This document shows, in pieces, positions 47,913 to 57,953 of a stretch of 59,260 bases of DNA. The translations under genes and the position numbers were made by a program. The stretch covers positions 1 through 59,260 of the forward strand of contig JBGGMJ010000126.1 in NCBI GenBank assembly GCA_041288095.1. The letters are read 5' to 3'. Positions within the stretch are counted from its first letter, which is position 1. Every line of letters begins with the position of its first letter. Source of the DNA: Myxococcota bacterium (GTDB taxonomy: Bacteria > Myxococcota > XYA12-FULL-58-9 > JALHOP01). The notes under the pieces are model-generated. The model was not told the origin of the DNA. It saw only the letters and a program-made list of their open reading frames with translations, and did not search any database.

Positions 47913-48938
47913 ATGGTCCACATGGTTGCCGCCCGTGTCGCGCTGTTCGTCGCCCAACTCGTCGTCGGCCAGCCACAGCTCGAGCTGCGCATCGATAGCT
48001 GCGCCGACGTCAACGTCGCCGAGGTCGGGCGTGTCGTCTCCGTCGAGCTGCGCGCCGCCATCGTCGCCGGGAGCGCCGCTGGCGACACCACCACGCAGGT
48101 CTCGGTGGGCTGCCGCGGACCTTTCTACCAGGTGCGTGTCAACGAGCCCGAGAGCCAAGAGGTCGTCGTCGACACCGTCGTGCAGCGAGGTTACCTCGAG
48201 CTCCGTGTCGACGACCCGATCACCGGCAAGACGCTGCAGCGCCTCATCGACGTCAAGAACGAGCCCGACGCGGCACGCTCGCGGCTCATCGGCATCGCCA
48301 TCGGCGAGCTCGTGCGCGCCAGCTGGATCGAGCTCCTCGCCAATCCATCGCCGCGTGTGAAGCCCGTGGAAAAAACCACGACGCCGTCGTTGCAGCGCGC
48401 AGTGGTCGAGCGAGCACGTCCGTCGCTGAGCACGAGCATCGCGCCGGAGTGCGGCGCGACCTTCTACGGAGCGGCCACGGGCCAGACCATGTGGGGCTGC
48501 GGGCTCGGCATGCGAGCCAGCGCGGCCCTCTGGCACCTGTCCGCTGAAGCAGACGTCGGCGCTGGTGAACGTGACGTGGCGATGGGACGCATCGACACCA
48601 CGGTCGCGTCCGGTTTTGCCGCTGGAGGCGCGCATCTTACGCTCGGGCCCACGGTGCTCGCGGCCGAGCTCGGGGGCCGGATCGGTTTCATGAGCATCGC
48701 GGGTGACGCGGCGCCGCTCTTGCCCGTGGTTGGCGGTGGGCTCCGCGGCGCTTGGGGCGGCCCAGCGGCGAGGCTCTCGGTCGACGTCGTCCTCACGTCG
48801 TGGCTCGGGGTACGCACGTCGGCGGAAGTCGGCTACGCCGTCCTTGGCCCACGGGGCACCGCGCTCGACGAGGTGGTTACAGACAGCCAGGGGCTGTGGC
48901 TCAGGCCGGCCGTGCACCTCGTTGTCGGCCTACCCTGA
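47913..48938 (+). CDS. Hypothetical exported protein with C-terminal beta-strand-rich region
   Basis: Third gene of the cassette with the same layout as 19955..20989 (ELVRASW.EL segment and Gly-rich strands). Confidence 0.7.
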   Translation: MVHMVAARVALFVAQLVVGQPQLELRIDSCADVNVAEVGRVVSVELRAAIVAGSAAGDTTTQVSVGCRGPFYQVRVNEPESQEVVVDTVVQRGYLELRVDDPITGKTLQRLIDVKNEPDAARSRLIGIAIGELVRASWIELLANPSPRVKPVEKTTTPSLQRAVVERARPSLSTSIAPECGATFYGAATGQTMWGCGLGMRASAALWHLSAEADVGAGERDVAMGRIDTTVASGFAAGGAHLTLGPTVLAAELGGRIGFMSIAGDAAPLLPVVGGGLRGAWGGPAARLSVDVVLTSWLGVRTSAEVGYAVLGPRGTALDEVVTDSQGLWLRPAVHLVVGLP

Positions 48939-51434
48939 GCCGTTCAGCGGATAAGCGTACATCGTCACCCCGCTGACGCCGTTGGGGCCCGCGTCGACGA
49001 AGGTGCAGCGCTGCTCGCGGTAGTCGCCCTCGCCTTGGTAAGCGCCGACGTTGGGCGCGAAGATGCAGGCTTCGGTCGATTCACAAAGACCATCGTCATC
49101 ACCGACATCGTCGAGCACCACCTCGATGGCATGCGCAAGGAAGCGATTGAAGCAGCTCTCGCCGGGCTCACAGACGCCGTCGTCGTCCCCGGCCCCGTCG
49201 CCGGCGCGTTCGACCGCTATCGCGGTGGAGTCGTAGGGACGCCGCTGTTGGTCCTCGATGAAGGTGTCGCCCGCGATGCTGCTCGGACAGAAAGTGCCGT
49301 TCGCAAGGGTGCCGAAAGCGGCCCTGGCGGTGGTGTCGCTCGTCCGCGGGCGCCAGTCCCAGATGCGGCACTGGCCGCTAGCGCAGACACCGGCGCCGTC
49401 GCCCCACGCCGCGCCAGGCAAACCTCCCCAGGTGCGGAAGGGGCTCGCGACGTCCGTCCATGCGTCACCGGTGATGGAGCTCGCGGCTGCCACCCCCGCG
49501 CTATCGATGGTGCTCGTCGCGTCATCGGTGACTGGGCCCACGACGACGCTGCTGCTTGCGACGTTGGTTCGCAGAGTAGCCGTCGAAGCTTCGCTGCCGT
49601 AGCTGCTCGACCCATCGGCGCCGGTGGTCGTGCAGGTACGGTCGACGAGACCCTGGCCGCTGCTCACGGTCTCGTTGACGTTGCAGGTGAGCGCGGCCGG
49701 CCCGGGCGCGCCGCTCACCCAGAGCCGTCCGTCGAAGCGCTGACCCGAGCCAAAGCCGGGCTCGACCCACCAAACGAGTTGCATCGGCTGCGTGGCGCTC
49801 ACGTCGTTGTCGAGGACCATGGCATCGCGCACCTGGTTGCCCACGAGGTCGCCGTTCGTCGCATCGCCCGCGCCGATCAAGCCGGGCTCGGCGTTCACGA
49901 GGCTCAGCAGGCCCGCGAGGACACCGTTGTCGGCGGAGAGCACGCCGATACCTTCCTGTGCGTTGAGCGCGCTGGTTACGTGCACGAGCGTGACGCGTGA
50001 GCCCTCGCTCTGCACGTAAGCGCCGATGACGTTGGTGCTGGCGATCAACAGACCCACCACGGTGTTATCGAACGCGTTGACGCCGCCGAAGGCCTGCACG
50101 CGAAGGCCCCAGCCGGCGCAGTTCGAGACCACGCCGTTCACCAGCTTGTTGCCCGGGCCGTTCACGGCGACGCACGAGTTGCTGCTGACCTCGACTTGCC
50201 GGTGCACGCGGTAGTCGATCAACCAGTTGTCGCGAGCGCCATTCTCCAGCTTGATGCCGCCGCCGCGCGCATCGACGACGCGGATGTTCGACAGCTTGTT
50301 GTGCTCCGTGGTTCCGCCGGAGAGCACCAGGCTCCAGATGCTCGAGCTGCCCGAGTCGGCGATGTCGACACCGCGAATCACGTTCCAGCTGCTGCCGTTG
50401 TCCACGCGCACGCCTTCCGACAACGAGCCGCGATTGCGGAGGCTCGTCACCTCGTTGTACGCGCCACCGTCGAGAGAGAGTCCTTGCTGGCCCGCGTTAC
50501 GCAGCTCGAGTCCGCTGAAGCGGCTGCTGTTGCAGCCGGCGCAGCGAATCAACGCGCCGGCGCTGGTGTCGGCGGCGACCGCGTTCAAGCGCGAGAAGCG
50601 TGTGCCATTGAGGCTGATGTGCGAGTCCACCGCCGCGCCGGCGCTCGCAACCGTTCGCGTCTCGAGCCACAGGAAGCTCCGGTTGCCGCCGCAGAGGATG
50701 GTGCGCTCCCCCGCGATATCCAGGGTGCCGTCGCCCGCGCAGTTGCCCTGCGCGCTGTCGCCGAAGGTCAACGTTTGGTCCGCCAAGGTCACGACGCTGA
50801 TGCCGTCCGCCGCGATGTTGTAGCCGTTGGTCGCGCCGCTGGTGGCGAGCACGTAGACCCCGCCGGCAAGCTCGAGCACCGCGGTCGCGCCGGTGCCGTT
50901 GTCGGGTAGCGGCACGACGGCGTTGGGCCAGCCCCACACGGACGGCGGGCTTTCGGCCACGGTGATGCCCGTCGCGGTGTGGACGACGCGCAGCACATTT
51001 TCGAGAAAGCCGCCCGCGCCCACGACGTCGCGCAGGCCGCGGCCGGGAGCGAGCCCAGTGGTGAAGAGCTCGAGTCCGTCCGCGGTCTCGGCGCACCGCC
51101 ATAGCCAGAGGCCGAGGTCGTCCGTGATCGTGAGAGACGCGCAAGCGGCGCGCGGGCTCATGCGCGCCATGCGCAGCTCTCCCGCGTGCACACAGCGGTC
51201 AGGTCCGCCAAAGCCGACATCGGAGGCGAGGTCACAATCGAGGTCGGCCTGATGCGCGACGTCGCTCGCCCGATCGCGAAGCGCGACGTAGGTGCTCCAC
51301 GCCGTGTGGAGCGGATAGGCGGCGCCGACTTCGAGGACCTCCACGGGACCAGGCCGAAAGATTTCGGACCCAAGATCGTCCCGGCTGCAGGATGCGACGA
51401 GGATCCCGCAGAGCATGGCAGCGCGCGCTCGCAT
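48930..51434 (-). CDS. Right-handed beta-helix lipoprotein with Cys/Asp-rich termini
   Basis: VASC lipobox, parallel beta-helix repeats (G..L..G..N) and a duplicated C-terminal GDDDGxCExxExC motif. Confidence 0.78.
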   Translation of the reverse strand: MRARAAMLCGILVASCSRDDLGSEIFRPGPVEVLEVGAAYPLHTAWSTYVALRDRASDVAHQADLDCDLASDVGFGGPDRCVHAGELRMARMSPRAACASLTITDDLGLWLWRCAETADGLELFTTGLAPGRGLRDVVGAGGFLENVLRVVHTATGITVAESPPSVWGWPNAVVPLPDNGTGATAVLELAGGVYVLATSGATNGYNIAADGISVVTLADQTLTFGDSAQGNCAGDGTLDIAGERTILCGGNRSFLWLETRTVASAGAAVDSHISLNGTRFSRLNAVAADTSAGALIRCAGCNSSRFSGLELRNAGQQGLSLDGGAYNEVTSLRNRGSLSEGVRVDNGSSWNVIRGVDIADSGSSSIWSLVLSGGTTEHNKLSNIRVVDARGGGIKLENGARDNWLIDYRVHRQVEVSSNSCVAVNGPGNKLVNGVVSNCAGWGLRVQAFGGVNAFDNTVVGLLIASTNVIGAYVQSEGSRVTLVHVTSALNAQEGIGVLSADNGVLAGLLSLVNAEPGLIGAGDATNGDLVGNQVRDAMVLDNDVSATQPMQLVWWVEPGFGSGQRFDGRLWVSGAPGPAALTCNVNETVSSGQGLVDRTCTTTGADGSSSYGSEASTATLRTNVASSSVVVGPVTDDATSTIDSAGVAAASSITGDAWTDVASPFRTWGGLPGAAWGDGAGVCASGQCRIWDWRPRTSDTTARAAFGTLANGTFCPSSIAGDTFIEDQQRRPYDSTAIAVERAGDGAGDDDGVCEPGESCFNRFLAHAIEVVLDDVGDDDGLCESTEACIFAPNVGAYQGEGDYREQRCTFVDAGPNGVSGVTMYAYPLNGSG

Positions 51435-51474
51435 GGACGTTCAGGATAACACACCAAAAAAGGCTGACACGCTG

Positions 51475-51501
51475 GCAACCATTTTGCGTGAACGTCGATA
51501 T
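51475..51501 (+). promoter_or_regulatory. sigma28-like motif GCAA-N15-GTCGATAT
   Basis: Recurrent motif ~90 nt upstream of ATG 51594. Confidence 0.55.
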
Positions 51502-51593
51502 ACCGACGGAGCCGTCCCCGGCTCTCCTCCGGCCGCACTGCCCCGCGGCACTCCTTCTGAGCTTGGTTAATCGTCAGATTCGTGAGGTTTCGC

Positions 51594-53123
51594 ATGGTTG
51601 CGACAGTCCGTGCCCTGGCTCCGGCCCGGGTAGGCGAAAGCTTGGGCGGGGAGTCTCCCGTCGCCGAGCGCCATGCCGATGCCGCGGCGGTCATTCCGCT
51701 TGGCACCGCTGGCATCAGTCTGTCCGCCTTGCATCCGGCGTTCATCGACCCGAGCCGGGGCGTGCAACTGCGTGCCCCCGTGCAGGCGGTCAGCGGGCCG
51801 CGCGCCATGGTTGCCGTCAATGAACAGCACCCCGAGCTCACGTCGTCGGTCGTGGACCGCTTCCTGGGTGTCGCGCGCCACGAGATCACGGCTGCCAGCG
51901 AGCGCACCCTTCACGAGGACGAGACGCGTCGCTTGCGTGTGCTCCTCGGCGCCAACGCGCGGCTCGATCCGAAGACAGTGCCGCCGACCTACGACGATCA
52001 GCGGCTCTTGCAGCGCCTGCTCAACATCACGCTCGGCGCGGCGCTGAATCCGCCGCTCTCGGTGGACGGCAATATCGGCGGGGCCACACGCGGCGCGCTC
52101 CAGCTCTACCGCCGGACCCGCGGCTTGCCCGCGACCGCGACCAACGGCGCCCTCGTCGACCGCGCGTTGCTCGAACGCATGGGTCGTGAAGCGATGCAGG
52201 CGCGCACGGCGCCCAATCCGCGCGTTCCCGCGGTTGGCGACGAAGCATCGCCCGCGGAGCGTTCCGTCAACGGCATGCTCGACCTCTTGTCGCGCGAGGA
52301 CCCTGTCCGCTACGGCGCATTGCTGCGCTCCGCCGGCATGACCAGCACGCGGCCGCTCACCGCCGCCGATCTGCGACGCGTCATCGCCGCCGGTGCCGCG
52401 CTCAATCTCAATTTCGATGCCGACACCGCCACCCGCTTGCAGCTTGCGCAGCCGGGTTTCGGCGAGCCATTGCCTTGGAACTACGAGGCCACGCGGGTCG
52501 TCGCGAGCTTCCTCAGCGGTGAGCTGTCGCCGAACCGTGGTGTCGCCGGCCTCGGCAACTATCGCGGCTGGGCGCGGCGTGCCGACCACGCCGGTCTCGT
52601 GCTGCCGCGCGTCCTCGAGATCGATGCCCTCGTCGAGTCGAGCTACAACCCGCGCTTGGTGAGCAGCGCCCGTGCACGCGGTTTGCACCAGCTGACCAAG
52701 GACGTCACTGACCGCTACGGCAGACTCGACCCGTTCAACCCAGTCTTGAACATCGGCATGGCGCGGCGCGAGCTCGCGCGCGTCTATGACGAGCAGCTAC
52801 GCCGACTGCGCGCTATCGATGACAGCTACGCCCGCCGATATCCCGACGAGGCCTCGATGCCGACGCGCGACACCGAACGCAACGATGGGTCGATCTGGCG
52901 CATGGCGTGGGCCGCGAACAACGCCGGCCCGCGGCGGCTCCTGCGCTATCAGGGCGTACCGCCGTTCGACGAGACCCAGCGTCACGTCATGTTCCTCGCT
53001 TGGTACAACGCGACCCTGCCGGGCGACGGCGCCGTGCCGCCAATCGGCTTCGCGCCACCGATCCCGCAGGGTCCGCAGGGCCCCGACGACTACGGCATCA
53101 AGACGGTCACCAAGGAATTCTAG
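51594..53123 (+). CDS. Peptidoglycan-binding + lytic transglycosylase (SLT) domain protein (paralog 1)
   Basis: LQRLLN...L.VDG..G..TR.AL..Y.R..GL (PG-binding). SLT motifs VESSYNP..VS...ARGL.QL, P..NI, AANNAGP and GVPPF.ETQ.HV. No signal peptide. Confidence 0.8.
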   Translation: MVATVRALAPARVGESLGGESPVAERHADAAAVIPLGTAGISLSALHPAFIDPSRGVQLRAPVQAVSGPRAMVAVNEQHPELTSSVVDRFLGVARHEITAASERTLHEDETRRLRVLLGANARLDPKTVPPTYDDQRLLQRLLNITLGAALNPPLSVDGNIGGATRGALQLYRRTRGLPATATNGALVDRALLERMGREAMQARTAPNPRVPAVGDEASPAERSVNGMLDLLSREDPVRYGALLRSAGMTSTRPLTAADLRRVIAAGAALNLNFDADTATRLQLAQPGFGEPLPWNYEATRVVASFLSGELSPNRGVAGLGNYRGWARRADHAGLVLPRVLEIDALVESSYNPRLVSSARARGLHQLTKDVTDRYGRLDPFNPVLNIGMARRELARVYDEQLRRLRAIDDSYARRYPDEASMPTRDTERNDGSIWRMAWAANNAGPRRLLRYQGVPPFDETQRHVMFLAWYNATLPGDGAVPPIGFAPPIPQGPQGPDDYGIKTVTKEF

Positions 53124-53494
53124 TCACTAGCGAGGTTCAAGATGTTCCCGTCGGGATCCTTGAACCAGGCAGTGCGGAACTCTCCCGAGCTGTAGATATC
53201 GCCTTGGCGCTCCATGTCCGGCATGTCGTAGTGCTCGAACTTCACGCCCTTGTCCTTGAGCGACTTCACTTCGGCGTCGAGGTCTTCGACTTGCCAGGTG
53301 AGAGCGGTGGCCTTGTTGGTGCCGGCGAACTCCGAGCGGTAGACGTTGATCTTCGTCTGTCCGCTTTCGAAGACGGCGACCTCCTCGCCCATGGTGTCGA
53401 CCTCTTTCAATCCAAGCGTTTCGGCGTAGAAACGTTTCGCCGCGGCGAGGTCTTTCACCGCGATCATGGCGACTGCTGCCGACTTGTTGAGCAT
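53120..53494 (-). CDS. VOC/glyoxalase-like protein
   Basis: V.DL..A..FY...LGL, V.DL......LK.KGV.FE.YD.P and AWFKDPDGNIL. Confidence 0.92.
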   Translation of the reverse strand: MLNKSAAVAMIAVKDLAAAKRFYAETLGLKEVDTMGEEVAVFESGQTKINVYRSEFAGTNKATALTWQVEDLDAEVKSLKDKGVKFEHYDMPDMERQGDIYSSGEFRTAWFKDPDGNILNLASD

Positions 53495-53557
53495 GACTCT
53501 TCCCCCTCGGCACAAGCGTAAGTCGTGCGAGCATCACGCGGTAGGGCGCTTCGAGCT

Positions 53558-55039
53558 TTAGCTGTTACCCGGTGGTGTGAAGCGGGCGCGCGCCCCGAAG
53601 AGGGCGACGTAGGCGCGGATTTGATCGACGTGATTGCGTGTCTCGGCGAAGTTCGGCGTGCCCACGTAGCGGTCGACACGGCCCATGCCGGAGTTGTAGC
53701 CCGCGTGGACCGTGGACCAGATACGGTCGTCGTTGCGTGGTCCCCCGGTGGGCAGGTTCATCGCTCGCGCCGCGCGATCATAGAGCCAGGCGACGTTGTG
53801 CGCGCCGAGGCGAAGGTTCTGCGTTTGGTCGTTGACGTTGACGCGCTGGCCGCGACCGCCGTTCCAGCCGACGAACACCATACGGCCGTCGCGGATGCGC
53901 CAAGCCTCCGCCAGTCCGGCGGTGACCTGCGAATAGCCGACCGCGCCGAACTCGTTGGCGCTCAGCCATTTGCCGTCCGATTCGACGGACACGAGCGCTT
54001 GGTAATGGTGCAGCGGGATGCCCGCTTCCTCGGCGGCGCGGCGCAGCCTCGCATCGGTGAAGATGGCTCGATCGAGGTTGCGCGTCAGGCGCTGCGGCTC
54101 GGATGCCGCGGGTTGGGCGCGGCCGCTCCCGATATCGGCGGCGACGCGCGCCGCCTCGTAGTTCCACTCGCCGTTGGGGCGCGGCGCGGTGTCGAAGCTC
54201 AAGCGCGCGTTGGTCTCGGCGTTGATCGGCAGGCCATGGCCACGCGTGGGGTTCTGGATGGCGTGCACGACTCGGTCCGCCATCGCGGGCGTAATTTCTC
54301 CGTTCGCCGGGATCTGCACACCGGCTCTTCGCATGAGCGCGTCGAAGCGCTTCGGATCCTGACTGTTCAAGAGCGCGAGCATGTTGCCCGCGGCCGTCTG
54401 TGCCGGAGTCGCCGCATCGAAGCCGGTGAACGTGCGACCGCGCTCGGCGGGTCGAGTGCGCGCGCCCGCCAGCAGCGCATCCATCGTGCGCTGGTCGAGA
54501 CCGGTGCCGTAGCCGCTGCCGGCTCCCAGACCGTTGGCTCGGCGGAACTCGCCGAGAGCCGCGCGGAAGCGCGCCCCCAAGCTGCCGTCGACTTCGAGAC
54601 TCGCGCCGTTGGCGTTGAGCAGTCGCTGCACGGCGCGGCCGGTTTCGAGGCCCAGCGAGACCGGGTCTTGTCCCCGCGGCGGTCGCGTGCCGCTCTGTAC
54701 GGCGCGGTCGCGATCGAAGTCGGTGATGCGGACTTCGGGAGGGGCGCGAACGGTACCAGGCGCGGCGTCGCGACCTTCTTCGGGGGACGCAACCGTCAGC
54801 GGGCGGAACGGGGAGACCGGGTGCGCCAGCGGGCCACGCTCAGGCACGTCACGCGGCGTGAAGGCGCCGGGCAGGGGCTCGGTGGGCACGCGTATGTGCG
54901 GAACGATCGGCGTCGCGCGCTCGACCTCGGCAGCGGGGTCCGGAACGGTCTTCGGGACGATAACCTGCCGCTCCGGGGTGGGCGCGCGATACAGGCCCTC
55001 CCAGAGAACGCGCCCTTGCGGCTCGGTTACCCCTGACAT
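53558..55039 (-). CDS. Peptidoglycan-binding + lytic transglycosylase (SLT) domain protein (paralog 2)
   Basis: VQRLLN...LEVDG..G...R.AL.EF.R.NGL; ALVSVES, GAVGYSQV, NL.LGA, AGYNSG.G.V and P.F.ETRNHV. Pro-rich N-terminus; ATG 55039 after GGAGAG. Confidence 0.8.
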   Translation of the reverse strand: MSGVTEPQGRVLWEGLYRAPTPERQVIVPKTVPDPAAEVERATPIVPHIRVPTEPLPGAFTPRDVPERGPLAHPVSPFRPLTVASPEEGRDAAPGTVRAPPEVRITDFDRDRAVQSGTRPPRGQDPVSLGLETGRAVQRLLNANGASLEVDGSLGARFRAALGEFRRANGLGAGSGYGTGLDQRTMDALLAGARTRPAERGRTFTGFDAATPAQTAAGNMLALLNSQDPKRFDALMRRAGVQIPANGEITPAMADRVVHAIQNPTRGHGLPINAETNARLSFDTAPRPNGEWNYEAARVAADIGSGRAQPAASEPQRLTRNLDRAIFTDARLRRAAEEAGIPLHHYQALVSVESDGKWLSANEFGAVGYSQVTAGLAEAWRIRDGRMVFVGWNGGRGQRVNVNDQTQNLRLGAHNVAWLYDRAARAMNLPTGGPRNDDRIWSTVHAGYNSGMGRVDRYVGTPNFAETRNHVDQIRAYVALFGARARFTPPGNS

Positions 55040-55145
55040 CGACACTCTCCGGGCGGCGGCTCGGACAGTCTATGATCCACGTACCCACATGACCGGACCA
55101 CGGGCTGTCGGATGGTGGTATGGTCGCACAGCCGTTGAGATTTTT

Positions 55146-57953
55146 CTACCGGCAGCTAGCGGAGAGGGTCGCGGTCTTGCCGGCCACGACGTGCGCCGTG
55201 TCCTTCATCTGCTTGCCGTCTGGGCACTCGAATCGCACGGTGTAGTCGCCTTCGTAGACGTCGAGTCGGAGTGGGGTCTCCACCGGCTGCCGTGAGCCGA
55301 TGCGCACCCAAGCCCAAGGCGTTGCGTTCACCGCGAGCGAGCCCCGGCGGAGCTTGATGTCGATGTTCTCGATGGAGCCGTTGCCGACGCGGATCTTGCG
55401 CGTCATGCTGATACCTTCGCGGTCGTTCACGAGGCGTAGCTTTTGCTGGCCGACATCGAGCGCAACCCGCTTGAGCGGAGTGTCCCCGAGCAGGCGCTCA
55501 CCGATGTAGACCTTGAGCGGCACCGACGAGTCGATGCTGACGTAACCCTTGCCGGCGACCTTGGGTGCCTTGAGTCCGTCGACTTCGTCTTCGTCACGCG
55601 TCTCGCGCGACAGGGTCGGCGAGGGCTTGTTTACGAGGGCCGGCCGATCGGACTTGTCCGGGGTGCGGGCTTCCGAGCGTGGGAGCGGCGCTGGCGAAGC
55701 ACCCGCCTTGGGCGCGACGAGCGGCGGCGGTGCGGTCGGAGCAGGGGACAAGGCGCCCGCGGCAGCGACCTTCTCCAGCGTGGCTTCGAAGAAGCGGCGC
55801 TCACCCGGTTCGACGTAGAGTTGATCGGTGCGCGTCGTGTGGCCGGCGAGCTTCAGCTCGACCTTGTGCTGCATCGAGCCGTCGACGCGGACGTCGGTGA
55901 CCGGGGTCGTGCCGCGCTTCTCGCCATCGACCCAGAGCTCGGCGCCCGGCGGCGTCGTCATGATTACGAGCGTTGCTTTCTCTGTGCCCGCTTCAGCGGT
56001 CAGCTCGGCGAACAACGGCTCGGGCACGACCTCTTCCTCGACCTTGGGTAGCGTCTGCTTGACGATGACGTAGCCGTCTTTCACGAACTCGGCTTCGAGC
56101 ATCGCTTCGACGGGGATGCCTTCGCTCACGGTGAACGGCGTACGCGCTCCGTCATAGCGGGCGTTCAGCATATCGGCGCCGAGGCCGTAGAAGATGATGC
56201 GGGCGCCGCGCGGCTCGGAGTCGATGGCCAAGGGGCCCGAGCGCGGTAGCTCCCCAGGCGAGCGGCGATGTGACGCGTAGACCAAGACGATGGCGGCGGC
56301 GATACCGAAGACCAGCACGACCATCGCGATACGCGGCAACCACGGCGTCGCCGGCGGCTCGGGGATGGCGCGCGCTTCGGCGAGCTGGTCGTGTTTGACC
56401 TCGACCATGCCCTCGGCGGCGGCGGGCTGCTGCTGCACCACGAGCTCGGGCACCGCTTGCGTCGCGGTCTGCGATTCGGAGAGGCTGCCTTCCGACTGGC
56501 CCCAATCGCTGTCCGCCTCGCGCTGCAGAGCACGAGCCACGGCGCTGTTGGTGGATTCGCGCGGCTTCGACTCACTGGCTTCCCAGCCGGGAATCTCGCC
56601 GCTCTGCGAGTCGATGGCGATGCTCGCCTCGTTGCCCCAGGCACCGCTGCCGTCACTCTTGCTCTTCGATGTCGACTTGGCGCCGCGGCTCTTCTGGCCA
56701 CTGCCTTCCATGACCGTCTCTTCGCCGGCGAGCGAGGCACGCGAGCTCTTCGAGGGGCGGGATGACGCGCTCTTGGCGGCCTTCGAAGCGGCCAACGCCG
56801 CTGCATGACGTTCACTCACGCTGGTCTCTTCCTGAAGCTCGGACGCCGAGACGCTGACCTCTTCGGCACGCGTGGACGCCTCGGTCGAGCGCGAGCGCGG
56901 CGATGAGCCCCAGTCGTCCTTGGGACGCGAGCCGCTCTTCGAGTCTTTGTCTTTGTCTTTTTTCTTCTTCTTGCCATTCGGCGTGAAGCTCGAGGGGCGG
57001 GTCGCCGGGCCGAGCAACATGTCGTCGGCGAGCTTCTCGGCGAAGAGGTCCTGCATGTACGGACCGAGGCTGGAGGCGCCGGTCGCCTGGCCACGCTTGA
57101 CCAGAAACTTCTCGAGCGCTTCGCGGAGGTCGCCGGCGGTCTGGTAACGATCATCGGGATCGTGAGCGAGCGCCTTCATGAGGATGGCTTCGAACTCGCG
57201 ATCGTACTTCGGGACGATCTCGGAGGGCTTGGTGACTTTGCAGTCGATGACCGCGTGCAGGGTCTCGAGCTCGGTCTCGCGCTTGAAGAGGCGAACGCCG
57301 GTGGTCACCTCGTAGAGGGTGATGCCGAGCGCGAAGATGTCGGTGCGCGCGTCGATGGGGTCGCCGGCGGCCTGCTCGGGCGACATGTACGAGTATTTGC
57401 CCTTGAGGACGCCGATGCGCGTCTCCGCGAGCTTGCCCGAGGCCTTGGCGACGCCGAAGTCGACGATCTTCACGTGGCCGTCGTAGGTCACGAGGATGTT
57501 CTGCGGGCTTACGTCGCGATGGACGATGCCCAGCGGACGCCCGTCAATCGAGGTCTGGCGGTGAGCAATATCGAGGCCGGCGGCCGCGCCCATGATGACC
57601 TGGGCGGCGGGCTCGAGCGGCATGGCCCGACCCCGTGCGACCTCTTGGTTGTAGATGCGCCGCAGGTCTTCGCCGCGCACGTACTCCATGGCGATGTAGT
57701 AGGAGCCCTGGACCCGGCCGATATCGTAGATCTGGGCGATGTTCGGATGAACGAGGTTTGCCGCGATGCGCGCCTCGTCTTGGAACATGTTGATGAAGTC
57801 TTCCTGCTCACCCAGGTGGGGCAGGATGCGCTTGATGCAGACCAGGCGCTCGAATCCGCCAATGCCGGTCTGCTTGGCCAGAAACACCTCGGCCATACCG
57901 CCGGCGGCGATTTTTCGCAGGATCTCGTAGTTACCGAAGCGTTCGGAGGACAT
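55146..57953 (-). CDS. Membrane Ser/Thr protein kinase with PEGA domains
   Basis: IAAGGMAEVF, HPNI, HRDVSPQN, DFGVAK and GKYSYMSPEQ; Ser-rich linker, TM helix and PEGA repeats (S.P.GA....DG...G.TP). Start uncertain (57953 preferred). Confidence 0.93.
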   Translation of the reverse strand: MSSERFGNYEILRKIAAGGMAEVFLAKQTGIGGFERLVCIKRILPHLGEQEDFINMFQDEARIAANLVHPNIAQIYDIGRVQGSYYIAMEYVRGEDLRRIYNQEVARGRAMPLEPAAQVIMGAAAGLDIAHRQTSIDGRPLGIVHRDVSPQNILVTYDGHVKIVDFGVAKASGKLAETRIGVLKGKYSYMSPEQAAGDPIDARTDIFALGITLYEVTTGVRLFKRETELETLHAVIDCKVTKPSEIVPKYDREFEAILMKALAHDPDDRYQTAGDLREALEKFLVKRGQATGASSLGPYMQDLFAEKLADDMLLGPATRPSSFTPNGKKKKKDKDKDSKSGSRPKDDWGSSPRSRSTEASTRAEEVSVSASELQEETSVSERHAAALAASKAAKSASSRPSKSSRASLAGEETVMEGSGQKSRGAKSTSKSKSDGSGAWGNEASIAIDSQSGEIPGWEASESKPRESTNSAVARALQREADSDWGQSEGSLSESQTATQAVPELVVQQQPAAAEGMVEVKHDQLAEARAIPEPPATPWLPRIAMVVLVFGIAAAIVLVYASHRRSPGELPRSGPLAIDSEPRGARIIFYGLGADMLNARYDGARTPFTVSEGIPVEAMLEAEFVKDGYVIVKQTLPKVEEEVVPEPLFAELTAEAGTEKATLVIMTTPPGAELWVDGEKRGTTPVTDVRVDGSMQHKVELKLAGHTTRTDQLYVEPGERRFFEATLEKVAAAGALSPAPTAPPPLVAPKAGASPAPLPRSEARTPDKSDRPALVNKPSPTLSRETRDEDEVDGLKAPKVAGKGYVSIDSSVPLKVYIGERLLGDTPLKRVALDVGQQKLRLVNDREGISMTRKIRVGNGSIENIDIKLRRGSLAVNATPWAWVRIGSRQPVETPLRLDVYEGDYTVRFECPDGKQMKDTAHVVAGKTATLSASCR

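Noticed and set aside
55040..55145. Expected sigma28-like motif upstream of the second SLT paralog
   Set aside because: No match with correct spacing was found. The gene may be read through from the kinase promoter, so it is not counted among the motif sites.
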